Below, one piece after another: positions 45,801-56,629 of a stretch of 64,000 bases of DNA. Both the position numbers and the translations under genes were made by a program. Below the pieces are notes generated by a model. The model was given only the letters and a program-made list of their open reading frames with translations, ran no database searches and was not told where the DNA came from. Source of the stretch: an uncultured Nitrososphaeraceae archaeon (GTDB taxonomy: Archaea > Thermoproteota > Nitrososphaeria > Nitrososphaerales > Nitrososphaeraceae). The stretch's first letter is position 1. Each line of letters begins with the position of its first letter. Location of the stretch: NCBI GenBank assembly GCA_963825865.1, contig CAWGVG010000060.1:64001-128000 (forward strand), read 5' to 3'.

Positions 45801-47726
45801 CTACATTTTGTGAATTGGGGTGATCCCAAGCATGTTTAAAGTGATCTTTAAGGTTAAACCAAACGCTTTTACAAGCGCTAATCTTGCAGCCATAATTTCC
45901 TCGTTTTGTTCTTTCAAGACTGGTACTTTCTCATAAAATACATTGAAAGATGTCGCGAGCATATAGGTATATCGTGCAAGGAATTTTGGATTGAGTGTTT
46001 TGACAACCTCTTCTATAATAATGTCAAATTTTGATATTGCTTTAATGAGGTCAAGTTCTGATTCTGCAATCAATAAATCATATTTTGCTTTCGAAAAATT
46101 TTGAGCTGATTTTTCCAGAATGCGCTGTGATCTAGCATATGCATATTGCAAGTAAGGTGCAGTATCGCCTTCTAGACTAAGAGATTCTATAATATCAAAA
46201 GTGATTACCTTGTCTAAATCATGTTTGATCAAATTGTATCTGATAGCAGATACAGCAATTTCCTCTGCGATATCATTGCATATTTCCTCAGATAAATTCG
46301 GATTTCTCTGCTTGACTTCCTCATAAGCTTTTTCATGTAGCTTATCCAAAACATAATCTGCATCTACTTGAATGCCGGTTCTACCCGACATGTGTATAGA
46401 TTTTCTTTCTCCAATATCTAATCCAATCATTTTCGCAGTTTCAGAACTCAAGGTTATTGCTTCATAATTGAGATGATAATATTCATTGCTTTTTTCATTC
46501 AGATCAGACATAATTTTTGATATTATTCTCTGCAGTCTGGCTTGTCTAGAGTCAATTACAGTGATAGCAATTTCTGCCGAATTAAACTGTGGATGATTAT
46601 GCTGACTGCAGGCACTGTTAAGTGTTGTAGCCCAAAGGGTAGAATTATCCCATTGGTGTTTGAATTTATAGTATAAGAAAGGATCTTCAAGTATTCCTAA
46701 TTTCCAGGCAGCATATGGAATGTCTTTAGCAATATAGGTTGCAGTTCCATCGCTTCTTATGATTATCTTGTCATCTTCATGTTCTTGCTTTATTACCCAA
46801 CAGTCTTTGTTTTTCCCGCTAGTTTCTAGAGTAACAATTCCTTTATGTTTTAATAACTCAAAGGCTTTGATCCATAGTTTTGAAATAACAATATGTGATT
46901 CAAAATTCAATAAGTCGTAATGAGTCTTCATTCTCCAACAAGTCTTTAATTGCTCATTTAAAACTCGCACCGTAATTTCGGTGGCAAATTTGGCAATTTC
47001 TGAGGTACCTTCTTCGATTTCTCTCAGAACTAATCTCCTTTTTTCTTCGAGAGAAGGATCTTTTTTATATAATTCATTGATCTTTACATAAACTTCATTG
47101 CCACAATAATGGTCAAACTTGATAGATTTGTTCTGGGGTTCTAATGGAAATCCGGCAAACCTGAATCCAACTACAATATCTGCGACCTGTAAACCTGAAT
47201 CATCGATATAATTTAAAACTACAGTTCTGTGATTAGTAGCTTTCATTATTCTGTATATAATATCTCCTAGAATCACATTACGCATGTGACCTACATGTAA
47301 AGCCTTATTTGGATTGACACTTGTATGTTCCACTACGACGTATCGACTCTTTCCTATATCATAAAAACCGTAATTTGGATTCTCAAGAGCTCCCTTTAAC
47401 GTGATTGTTGCTAAATTTGCAAAGTTTGCTTTGAAATTGATATAACCTGAAGGATGAGACTGTATTGATAGAATAAGTGATAGAGAATTTTTCCTCTTCT
47501 TTTCGAGAAGATAGCAATTTAGCTGTTTTTCAATGATTTCATTTGCGATATCAAATGGTCGCCTTTTAATTTTTTTACTAATTTGAAATGCTACGTTGCA
47601 ACTCAGATCTCCATATTCCTTCCTAGGAGTCTCTGAAACATCAAAGTCTTGATCAGAGTAACCTAAATTTGCAAGAGCAACTGATACCGCCTCGCGTATC
47701 TCATTCACTAGAACTCGAAATGTCAT
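45801..47726 (-). CDS. argS: Arginyl-tRNA synthetase
   Basis: EHTSVNPNKALHVGH, MSGR, GDTAPYLQYAYAR. Confidence 0.97.
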   Translation of the reverse strand: MTFRVLVNEIREAVSVALANLGYSDQDFDVSETPRKEYGDLSCNVAFQISKKIKRRPFDIANEIIEKQLNCYLLEKKRKNSLSLILSIQSHPSGYINFKANFANLATITLKGALENPNYGFYDIGKSRYVVVEHTSVNPNKALHVGHMRNVILGDIIYRIMKATNHRTVVLNYIDDSGLQVADIVVGFRFAGFPLEPQNKSIKFDHYCGNEVYVKINELYKKDPSLEEKRRLVLREIEEGTSEIAKFATEITVRVLNEQLKTCWRMKTHYDLLNFESHIVISKLWIKAFELLKHKGIVTLETSGKNKDCWVIKQEHEDDKIIIRSDGTATYIAKDIPYAAWKLGILEDPFLYYKFKHQWDNSTLWATTLNSACSQHNHPQFNSAEIAITVIDSRQARLQRIISKIMSDLNEKSNEYYHLNYEAITLSSETAKMIGLDIGERKSIHMSGRTGIQVDADYVLDKLHEKAYEEVKQRNPNLSEEICNDIAEEIAVSAIRYNLIKHDLDKVITFDIIESLSLEGDTAPYLQYAYARSQRILEKSAQNFSKAKYDLLIAESELDLIKAISKFDIIIEEVVKTLNPKFLARYTYMLATSFNVFYEKVPVLKEQNEEIMAARLALVKAFGLTLKITLNMLGITPIHKM

Positions 47727-48432
47727 TCTTTGTTCTCATTCCTAGATAATTAAATGCAACAAAATCTATAGCATCTACTAGACCGTAGCCTTCTCTTCCT
47801 CTAACGACATGTTTCGCCTTAGATGTAATTTCATCATCTGTGTTACTCAGCGCAACACTATAGCCACAAATATCAAACATTGGAATATCGGTTTCACTAT
47901 CGCCTATTGCAATAGTCTCCGCGGGCTCGGTTTTTAATATCTTCAACGCTTCCTTTAGCCCGCTACCCTTATTCACTCCTTTTTCATTAATATGAAAAGC
48001 ATATTTGCTATCGTTAAGAGTAAGGTCTAAGTTATGTTCTTCTAAAATTTTGCGACCTTCTTTTATATCAAATGTTCTAAACAATACAATCTCTGTAAGT
48101 CTATTAAAGACAGGTTTAATTTGCACCTTATCAATACTTTTTTTTAATATTTCGTAACCTTTCAAACATTTTTCTTTACTGGCTAAAAGGATATGTTCTT
48201 GAGGTGCTATTGTTAGTGCCCCACCATTCTCTCCAACCGCGATCTTTGTAGTTCCTCCAAACACTGCAAGAATATAAGCTTCTACAGATGATCTTCCAGT
48301 GACATAAATTACGTTATATCCAAGTCTTTCAAGGTAGCGTAAATTTTCAATAGCAGGCAAATATACAATACCCCCACCGTCTTCTGTGAGGGTCCCATCA
48401 ATATCCACTGCAAAGGCTTTAATCGATTTCAA
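47701..48432 (-). CDS. HAD-IIB phosphoglycolate phosphatase
   Basis: DIDGTLT, ENGG, NKG, GDSETD. Confidence 0.88.
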   Translation of the reverse strand: MKSIKAFAVDIDGTLTEDGGGIVYLPAIENLRYLERLGYNVIYVTGRSSVEAYILAVFGGTTKIAVGENGGALTIAPQEHILLASKEKCLKGYEILKKSIDKVQIKPVFNRLTEIVLFRTFDIKEGRKILEEHNLDLTLNDSKYAFHINEKGVNKGSGLKEALKILKTEPAETIAIGDSETDIPMFDICGYSVALSNTDDEITSKAKHVVRGREGYGLVDAIDFVAFNYLGMRTKNDISSSSE

Positions 48433-48579
48433 AAACACTTGAGAGCAAAAATAGATTTTGAAATATAAGTGTAATGTAATCTGATGGATATATAATATAT
48501 GAAACAATGATAATAAAAAAAGTTACTGATCGGATTATTACTCTATGTGAAGATTCATTTAAAAGCATCGGGCAGTCAA

Positions 48580-49050
48580 TTATGCGTTTATTGATTGACT
48601 AATTTTTGGACTGTCATGTTTAGAGGATATCTGGGGTTCAACTTTTCGTTCAGTAAGTTTCCCTAACTGCCTGGTACTCTTAGTTCGCCTGTCAGTCAAT
48701 GATTTCTGTTTCTTGATCTTTACCTTAATCTTGAATCCGAATTGACTATTGTTACTCCACTTTTCAATGTCTTCTACATCCCCTGAACCAACTACCCTGT
48801 CGCCTTCATCCGTAACTACGGTAAAATCAGTTTTGTCGCCTTCCTTTATTATTGAAATCTTATCATAAAAGTGATGCCAATCGAGCGGATTTGTGACCAG
48901 AACTTCAACAGCAAGTACATCTCCCACACTCAGATCAGTTATATATGGCGATAAAATTTCTAGCTGGCACAGTTTAGCATACATCAACATAGAATGGAAT
49001 AAGTCGGATATATGACTTTGGGAATGTATTACTATATAAAAATAACTCAT
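48580..49050 (-). CDS. Hypothetical protein; true start probably ~48950
   Basis: Open frame with beta-rich core and basic tail. Confidence 0.55.
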   Translation of the reverse strand: MSYFYIVIHSQSHISDLFHSMLMYAKLCQLEILSPYITDLSVGDVLAVEVLVTNPLDWHHFYDKISIIKEGDKTDFTVVTDEGDRVVGSGDVEDIEKWSNNSQFGFKIKVKIKKQKSLTDRRTKSTRQLGKLTERKVEPQISSKHDSPKISQSINA

Positions 49051-49135
49051 TTAAGAATTTTGTTTATAATACATATTTAGTTATAATGAAACATAAAATC
49101 CTTACAGTTATATAATAAACAGAAAAAGCAAATTT

Positions 49136-49227
49136 GGGTCCGTCGCCCAGTCTGGACAGGGTGCTGATCTTTAAAAAGCACAAGCCTCCGAAGCCAGTTG
49201 TCGTGGGATCGAAGCCCACCGGGCCCG
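49136..49227 (+). tRNA. tRNA-Arg(CCG) with a 17-nt intron at 29/30 (49167-49183)
   Basis: GGGTCCG/CGGGCCC acceptor. GTGC/GCAC central helix; splicing yields CTGGC-CTCCGAA-GCCAG. Confidence 0.9.
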
Positions 49228-49358
49228 CTTCGACATTAGTTTTTAAAATGAGGCAGCTTGGTAGAAAGAGCACATATCCAAAAAACTCTTAACTTTTCAT
49301 CGGGGTCACATCTGAAGATTTGGTATATTAGTGGCTCGGAACATTGTTGATAGCCATA

Positions 49359-49460
49359 TCATTGTTTATTCCTTTTTCTTCTTCCAATTTTTCCGTACTT
49401 TTTGCTTGCCGATCTAAGAGAACTGTAAGAATGTGTCTTATTGTTTGGACTTCTCGTCAT
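49359..49460 (-). CDS. 33-aa highly basic micro-protein
   Basis: MTRSPNNKTHSYSSLRSASKKYGKIGRRKRNKQ*, hand translated. Confidence 0.5.
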   Translation of the reverse strand: MTRSPNNKTHSYSSLRSASKKYGKIGRRKRNKQ

Positions 49461-49635
49461 CTATATAAGTTAAATATGAACCTGTTATTTCTGCTTTTTC
49501 TTGTTGAAAAGGAGCTGTACATACTATTTTGGAAATGACGTATCCTCTCTAGTTATCTTGCTCATTATGCATTGATAACAGCAATCGTTAGATAAGGAGC
49601 AATTTATTGAACTACTACTAGCAAGTCAGTTTTTT

Positions 49636-50064
49636 TCATGATTTATCAGTTATTATGTTTTGATTTTTTGTTGATGGTTCTGACTTTTGACGAAGTGAAA
49701 AATATTTCGTACCTTCCATTGCCATTATAGATTCTGATCTTTCTATAAATAATATATCTCTTTTCTCATCAATTAAATTGGAATCTGAATAATCCCCAGC
49801 CTTTAGCATATATAGATTATATTCTTTTTTGAGAGTTTCTGCAGTAGATCTATAAACAATCCAACTTTCTTGTGCCTTTGTTAATTGAAGAATGCCTGTT
49901 GCACCTACAATCATGCTGCCTAGAATAGACGAAATTATTCGTACAATGAGGTCATTGCCATCTACGACATTTACTATGGGAATTAATACACTAGCACCAA
50001 TTATCATAATCTGTAGTTTGTGGTATCTGTACATATTATCTTTAGCATTATTATTATACCAATT
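49636..50064 (-). pseudogene. DUF4231/SLATT-like two-TM protein, 5'-truncated
   Basis: NWYNNNAKDN...two TMs...QESWIVYRSTAETLKKE. The frame is blocked by a stop immediately upstream of NWY. Confidence 0.7.
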
Positions 50065-50075
50065 CTATTTCTTAC

Positions 50076-50344
50076 ACAAACAGCAGTAGTACTTAACCCT
50101 GGTTCCTAGTGCAAGAGTTCTGGACATGGCATCGAGTTGACAGGAGAAGTCCGGTCGATGCAAACTTGTACGTTAGCGCAAGTGAAGTTATTCATAGGGC
50201 AATGGGAAGCACTACGCTTTGATACTCGGTATGATATAGCAGTCGAGAGACTTAAGATGAACAACAGATTATCATCAACATTCTCTAGTCTACAAACAAA
50301 CTGCCTGCTCTGGTCAACAATACAAACGAGCAGTTTGACTTCAA
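50076..50344 (+). ncRNA. Candidate large structured RNA or non-autonomous IS200/IS605-like element; strand inferred
   Basis: At least six helices and a possible 3' pseudoknot; higher GC than flanks; no credible ORF. Confidence 0.4.
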
Positions 50345-50392
50345 TTGATATATGCAAATACTTATATAAGTTGCAAAGGTCTTTTTCTGCAA

Positions 50393-50776
50393 ATGTCTTT
50401 AGAGGTTGTTAAATTGGAAGACCGCAATAACTCTCTCCTTAACAGGCGTGAAATTAAAGCAATCTTGAAAAATGCGGCAGGTAAAGTTAAGAGGGTTGAG
50501 GCTGCAGCTACACTCGCAAAACAGCTCGATATAGAAAGCAAGACAATAATTCCGATTAAAATGTCATGTGGGAATGGTACAACCGATGTTCATGCTACAT
50601 TTTATATTTACGGTAGTGAAGAAGCAAAGAAACAGCTCCCCCGTTACAGGCTGTTAAGAAATATGCCAAAGGCTGACAGAAAAAAATTGATAGATGAGGA
50701 GAAAGCTGCAAGGTTAAAAGCTAAACAGGCGTCTGCATCTGATTCAAAATCTGGCACCAAAAGGGGCCGCAAGTAG
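50393..50776 (+). CDS. rps24e: 30S ribosomal protein eS24
   Basis: RNNSLLNRREI, FYIY; adjacent to rps27ae. Confidence 0.88.
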   Translation: MSLEVVKLEDRNNSLLNRREIKAILKNAAGKVKRVEAAATLAKQLDIESKTIIPIKMSCGNGTTDVHATFYIYGSEEAKKQLPRYRLLRNMPKADRKKLIDEEKAARLKAKQASASDSKSGTKRGRK

Positions 50777-50778
50777 TA

Positions 50779-50994
50779 ATGGCAGATAAAAAGACGACAT
50801 CGAAAGGCGAAGTTTCTGTGTATAAATTCTATACTGTCAAGGATGACAGAATCACTAGAAGCAAACGTGATTGTCCAAGATGTGGCAAAGGTGTTTTTAT
50901 GGCAGAACATAAAGACAGACATACCTGTGGTAAATGTGGGTTTACCGAATTTGCACATAAAGAACAGTCAAAGAAGGTCAATAAGAAACAATAA
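50779..50994 (+). CDS. rps27ae: 30S ribosomal protein eS31 (S27ae)
   Basis: CPRCGKGVFMAEHKDRHTCGKCG. Confidence 0.96.
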   Translation: MADKKTTSKGEVSVYKFYTVKDDRITRSKRDCPRCGKGVFMAEHKDRHTCGKCGFTEFAHKEQSKKVNKKQ

Positions 50995-50999
50995 CAACA

Positions 51000-52680
51000 T
51001 TAGCCAACGAAAGTTGTTAATTCCTTCTTTATCAGTTGACCTATTGCTGGAGTAAAAACAGGGTAGAATGATTGAACATAGTGTTTTGATTTGGCCAATT
51101 TTTTGACATGTTCAATCGTCCGGTCTTTTGAATAGCCTCGTAAGAATTCTTTTATTATCTGACTAGCCATGGCAGTGTTACCGGTTCTCTTCAGCCCATG
51201 GCTAATAAACTGAACAATATCCAAAACAGGATCACCTGATTTAAAACCAAACTGTTCACCGCCGGTGAAGTACAAATTATCTCTACTTATTATAAGATCC
51301 ATCGGCTTTAAGTTACCAAGAGTTGATTTATCTGCATGAATTTTTGCAATTTGTTCTCCTGCTACTCTAATCCATTCAAGGCCCTCAACGCTATTTCTTC
51401 TCAGACATTCTTTAGTTATATCCGCAATTGTTTTACCTTCTATAAATTCAGTAACGAGCATCTTCTTGTCTAAAATTACCGATTCAATAATTGGAGTATT
51501 CAGTCCTAAGCGGCGAATATACCTTAATGCTTTATATTCAGTTCCTAGTCTGAATAGAGGATCTATGCTGAATTGCCTAACCGGTGTAGTCCATATGCCC
51601 AGTCCTCTCCATTTTAGTCCTTTGGTTTTTGCAAGTTCCTTTACCACTATGATCTTGTTTTGAGTATTATCGTCAGGATTTGTCAAAGTGAGGGAAATAG
51701 TTCTGCTATTTAAATTTCCTAATCGACATTTATTTGAGATGAAATACTTTGAAAAACCATTAGACTTTGCTATTATTTTCAACCAATTCTTACTATCAAA
51801 GATAAGAACACCTTCCGGTATTTTCCAGTATAACTCCTTCGGGCATGACATAAATTTTGGCAATTCTATCGGAAATTCTTTCTGACGATTTATTTTTGAT
51901 TCGGCCTCCTTTACAGCATGATGGAACGCATGTCTACCAGCATACGCATGGACGAAATATGAAGCAATTTCTTGCAATTTCTTTGTGAGTTTCAAAGAAG
52001 CAACTTTTCGGTTTTTCTCCACTAGTACCCGTTTTTCAGATATTTGAAGTAGGTTATTAGGAGAAGGTCTAATTATTAATAATTCATTGTCTTCATCTAT
52101 TATTTCCTTCAATGCTCGTCGATAACCATCAAGCGCAAAGTCCTTATTACGAACGGAATTTTCTCCACAATACATTTTATAATAACTATAAATGGCATTT
52201 GGATATAAAATACTTCTATGTTTAATCTTTGAGAACATCACATATTCCAAAGGAAAGAAAATTTCTGTGCTGAAAATGTTTGTATCTTTAACAATATTAA
52301 ATATCTCCTCTAAGAGAACTCGTTTTTTGTAAGTTATTTCCAAGCCCCTAAATAATTCAGGATTGTAAATGGGCTCATAAGTATGCAATAAACGACCGAC
52401 TACAAAATCTCCAAGAAATGCAAATTCAGCATCTTTTTCTATTGATTTACGATCGACTACAAGTGCAGAAACTTCTATTTCTTCTTCTTTTAAATAAACA
52501 TACTTTATAATATATCCATAATTTTCCAGAACGACAATAATGTCAAAATCACTATTAGTACCGAGCATAACCCCCAACCTTTGAGCCATATAAGCAAGAC
52601 GCCACAACTCTATAGTTTTTAGCTGCCCTATTGATACAGTTTTTTATAATCTTTAGTTGTTCATGAGAAATACTAGACAT
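51000..52680 (-). CDS. Nucleotidyltransferase-domain / Bud32-RIO-like kinase-fold fusion; frameshift near 52562
   Basis: Corrected N-terminus CLYGSKVGGYARTNSDFDIIVV. C-terminal IVVKE...EYKAL...LVTEFIEG...IAKIH. Confidence 0.75.
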
Positions 52681-53395
52681 AATGACTAGTTTTCTTTCGT
52701 GTTATTTTCCTGCTTTCGAATTCGATAACCCTTTCTTTTATTATATGATCTACTTCGAGATTAGCCATTAGTTCGATAGGTATTCTCATTATATTCATAT
52801 CAACTGGCACCGTACGAATAGGAAGATGTGTACCGATCCATTCTTTAACCACTTTGTCTTCTAATCTTAAATCTCTGAATCCTTCGGGAAATTTTTTGTT
52901 AATATGATCAATCAAGGTACTGTCTGATTTGAATACTACTCCAGCTTCTAATAAGTGATCAGAATCTTTACAATTTCCCTCAAACAGAGTGCCTGAAATT
53001 TCATCTGATATTACATTCATTTTTATAATCCTACTTATTAGATCCATATAATGCATAAATTCATGAGCCAAAACGGCGTGGATGCTTCCTAGCAAACCAT
53101 AAGCTATTAGTGGAGCAGTTATTTGAACAACAACATTTAGGCGATTGTCTTGATTTACTACAGGAATTGTCCTTGCAAACAAAATGCCGAATTGTGTAAA
53201 CTCTACTTCCGAAGTAGAAATGACAAGACTTGGTTCAACATAATAATAAGGATAATCCATTCCAGTAGCTTTTTCGATTCTCTTGACTCCATCTCTAATT
53301 ATGTGAAATCGATTTACTATTAGATGATATAACTTATCAGGAAGTCGTCCGGCGTCTCTAGCATCTTCTACTTTTTGTAGAGGATTAAAAACCAT
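52673..53395 (-). CDS. Conserved hypothetical protein with an HEXXH motif
   Basis: VLAHEFMHY. Confidence 0.7.
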   Translation of the reverse strand: MVFNPLQKVEDARDAGRLPDKLYHLIVNRFHIIRDGVKRIEKATGMDYPYYYVEPSLVISTSEVEFTQFGILFARTIPVVNQDNRLNVVVQITAPLIAYGLLGSIHAVLAHEFMHYMDLISRIIKMNVISDEISGTLFEGNCKDSDHLLEAGVVFKSDSTLIDHINKKFPEGFRDLRLEDKVVKEWIGTHLPIRTVPVDMNIMRIPIELMANLEVDHIIKERVIEFESRKITRKKTSHYV

Positions 53396-54565
53396 CTAAC
53401 TACTTTCACAACACTCTGATCTAAAAAAATGTTGCTGAATTCGTACGTCCAGAATATCAAAAAGCATACATTCAGATTTTGTACCAATGATTTCCGATAC
53501 ATTTGGTTCCGCGTATTCTTGACCGCCAACAAATTGCTTGATTAAGAGTCCACCGTCCGCAACTATAGTAAGAAAAAAGTGCCTATCATTAATTTTTCGG
53601 ACGCTGACAGAATATATTTTTTTTGTAACTATTTTAGATTTTATTCTGAACTTTACCAATGAATTGTTTAGAGCATTTAATTTTGTTAGCTCATTTTTCC
53701 TTAGCGGTTCATTGGATTGTACTAATATTTTAGTCTTCGTGACGAATAGAATCGGCGATTCTGGAATTTTTTTTGATTTTCCGTTAATGGTAGCATATAT
53801 GCCATCAGTACTGATTTTTATAACTTTCTTTAATATTCTAACTCTTGGATTTGAGATGCGTACAAAGAAAGGCCTGACCTGTACCCAAAACAAGGCTATT
53901 CTGGTCTTCGCTTCCTATCCACAGAAATTTTGCGTTCTCTCCCTTCGTTATTGATATTAGTTTTTTTGCAATAATGTCCTCAATACTGTGCTGTCCAGCT
54001 GAATCTCGAATAATCGCAATCAATCGATTCTTTGCCTTCACACTGTCTGTATTTACCCTGTTTTTGTGATAATCCTCGGCATTTTTTTATATATCTGCCA
54101 GTTAAAATTATAGGATAAGTCTTTTGAGATTATGTTGACATTTTTTTGATCGTCAATAATTAGGTTTATCGTAATATCTGGTATCAAATAGCCAACTTTT
54201 TTTTTTGTAATTTTTATAAATTTAATTCCGAGTTCTTTAGTGAGTTGTTTTTTGATACTTTCTTTTCCACGAATTTTGAACCTTGATCTAATCTGGTCTT
54301 CGCGCTCATAAAGCTGAGCAGGCAGAGAGGCTCCTAGCAAAAAAGTGTTAAATTCATACTTCTTCTCCACATTATCAATTATTTTTTCGATGATTGAATC
54401 TAATTGGCTCATAAGTCCACAACAGATATAGCACTTGTCTAAATTCCTTGCACATCCTTCCTTGACATAGGTTAATTGTCGGTCAAAACAATATTTGCAA
54501 AGACTGTAATGTTTTTTTAGCCGTTGGGCAAGTAATTCCTCGTATCGGGCATTAACCAAAACCAA
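53396..54565 (-). CDS. pus10: tRNA pseudouridine(54/55) synthase; two frameshifts
   Basis: N-terminal Cys pairs, ESIK..LTKELG, GSED..SLVLGTG(RPF), DGGLLIKQFVGG, FDILDV. Confidence 0.85.
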
Positions 54566-55923
54566 ATCGCCTAAGCATTCCTTGCATTTGTCTGCCCTTT
54601 GCCTGTTTCATCATGGTCTTGGAATTATTATACTGTTTTATCATCTCTTTAACATCATGTTCCAACATTCCCGAGCCCCTAGCTATTCGCTTTCTTCTAG
54701 AGTCATTAATGAGATCTGGATTTTTCTTCTCTTCCTTTGTCATCGATTGAATAATAAATCTCCATTTTTCCATTTTTCCTTGCAGTGCATCAAGCTCGTC
54801 CTCTTTAACCATTCCAGATAAACCTGGCAAATTATCAATTACGTTTCTAAATCCCATTTTTCCCACTTGCTCCATCTGTGCATAAAAGTCCTCAATTGTT
54901 ATCTTACCGCTTAGAAGCCGCTTTGTTTGATTTTCATCAGCTTGCGATTCAAGACCTTTCGCCATTTCGAGAAGAGCTTTAATATCACCCATTCCCAGCA
55001 TTCTACCTACAAATCGTGTTGGCGAAAATTGTTCAAGGTCATCTACACGCTCTCCTGTTCCAATGAACATTACCTTAGCATTCGTAGCGAGCTGACGCTG
55101 CAATCGCTCCACCCCCTCTCGCCGTTCCATCAAGTTTCGTTATTATGATACCGCCAACTGAAGTTGCTTCATGAAATGCTTTAGCCTGATTGTAAGCCTG
55201 TTGACCCATTGTTCCATCTATCACTAATAGCACGAGATCTGGAGCTGCCACCTTGTACATGCTATTCATTTCCTCCAAAAGACCAGTTTCTTCCTTATGT
55301 CTTCCAGCAGTATCAATAAGAATAATGTCAATGTTTCCTGGTCTAAAATATTCCAGACCCTTTTTTACAATATCTACAGCATTTTTTTTCCCTTCTTCGT
55401 CCCCGTATACTTCAACGTTTATTTTGCTGCAATTCATTTTTAATTGTGTAAGTGCTCCGGGCCGCCATGTATCACATCCAATGGCTCCAACACGATATCC
55501 ATGTCTCGTCAGCCAACGAGCAAGTTTGGCCGTGACCGTTGTCTTTCCGCTGCCCTGAATTCCCAGCATCAGAATGACATTTTGTTTATCGGGTTTGAAA
55601 GAAATAACTTGTTCTTCTGAGTCTTGGTGCTTTTCAACACTTTTAATTATTTCTCCTCTGTACCCGAGCAGTGTTGAAAGTTCGGCATAGAGAATAGTAA
55701 TAATGTGGTCTTTTCTAGACAGACCTTTAGGAGGTTTCTCATTTATTGCTCGGCTCTTTAGATTCTGAGTAATTGAGAAAACCAATTTGACATTAATATC
55801 AGATTGAAGTAAAGTCCTTTGTACGTCCTTGCATAGTGAATCGATAAGCTCTTCGTTAACATCTGATGCTCCAACTATCTTTTTAAGGGTACTTCTAAGA
55901 CCACTACGTAAATTGTCTAGCAT
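54552..55923 (-). CDS. srp54: Signal recognition particle protein SRP54; frameshift near 55090
   Basis: GIQGSGKTT, DTAGRH, TKLDG, Met-rich M domain. Confidence 0.95.
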
Positions 55924-55928
55924 GACAG

Positions 55929-56629
55929 TCACTTTAATACTAATTCAGCTTCCAATATTTCAAATATTCCCCTCTGTCCGTCCCACAGGGTATTTGCTTT
56001 CTTTATACTGCAGCTTTTTTCTGAAAATTGGACAATCTACTACCAACGTTTCTGCCTCACCACCCTCAAAAGTTAAGTTGAAACCAAATTTTTTGCTGAA
56101 ATATTCCAGTTGACCCATTAGAACTCTATCAAGCGATCTTCCTAGCCAATGTCTGTCTAGACCCATTGCAGACACACCTACAATTTTAATATTAAAGTTA
56201 TTATCAAGAAGTCTGTACATATATTGAGATGGTTGGACATTCCATAACGGCGCTACTGATTCAAGATGTATTTTTTGAACAAATTCTTTCAAAAATGTCT
56301 TTTTGAAATTTGCTAGATATACCACCGTGTACTATACCTTCGATATTGTAGTTTGATTTGGCCCATATAATTGCCTTTTCCAACGCATCAAATTCTGCTT
56401 CTTTTGACGACCCATTTACAGTAAATTCTATTGCCGGAATTTGCATGGCATCTGCAAGATATTTTGTCAGGCAAAGATTTGGGATATGAAATAATAGGCT
56501 ATCGTCTGGACACGGATGCATAGTGATCAAGCATAGGACATCGTGACCCATCTGTTTGACTTTAAAAATAGAGTAGGTACTATCTTTTCCACCAGAGTAA
56601 AGCGATGCTAACCTCATTACCTTTGTCAA
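55929..56629 (-). CDS. dph6: Diphthine--ammonia ligase; two frameshifts
   Basis: LYSGGKDS, APLW, FEGGEAETLVVDCPIF. Confidence 0.88.

Noticed and set aside
50130-50300. RNase P RNA or group I intron identity for the structured element
   Set aside because: GGAGAAGTCC and GAGACT..TAGTC are only partial resemblances; I could not build P4/CR-V or a full P3-P7 core.
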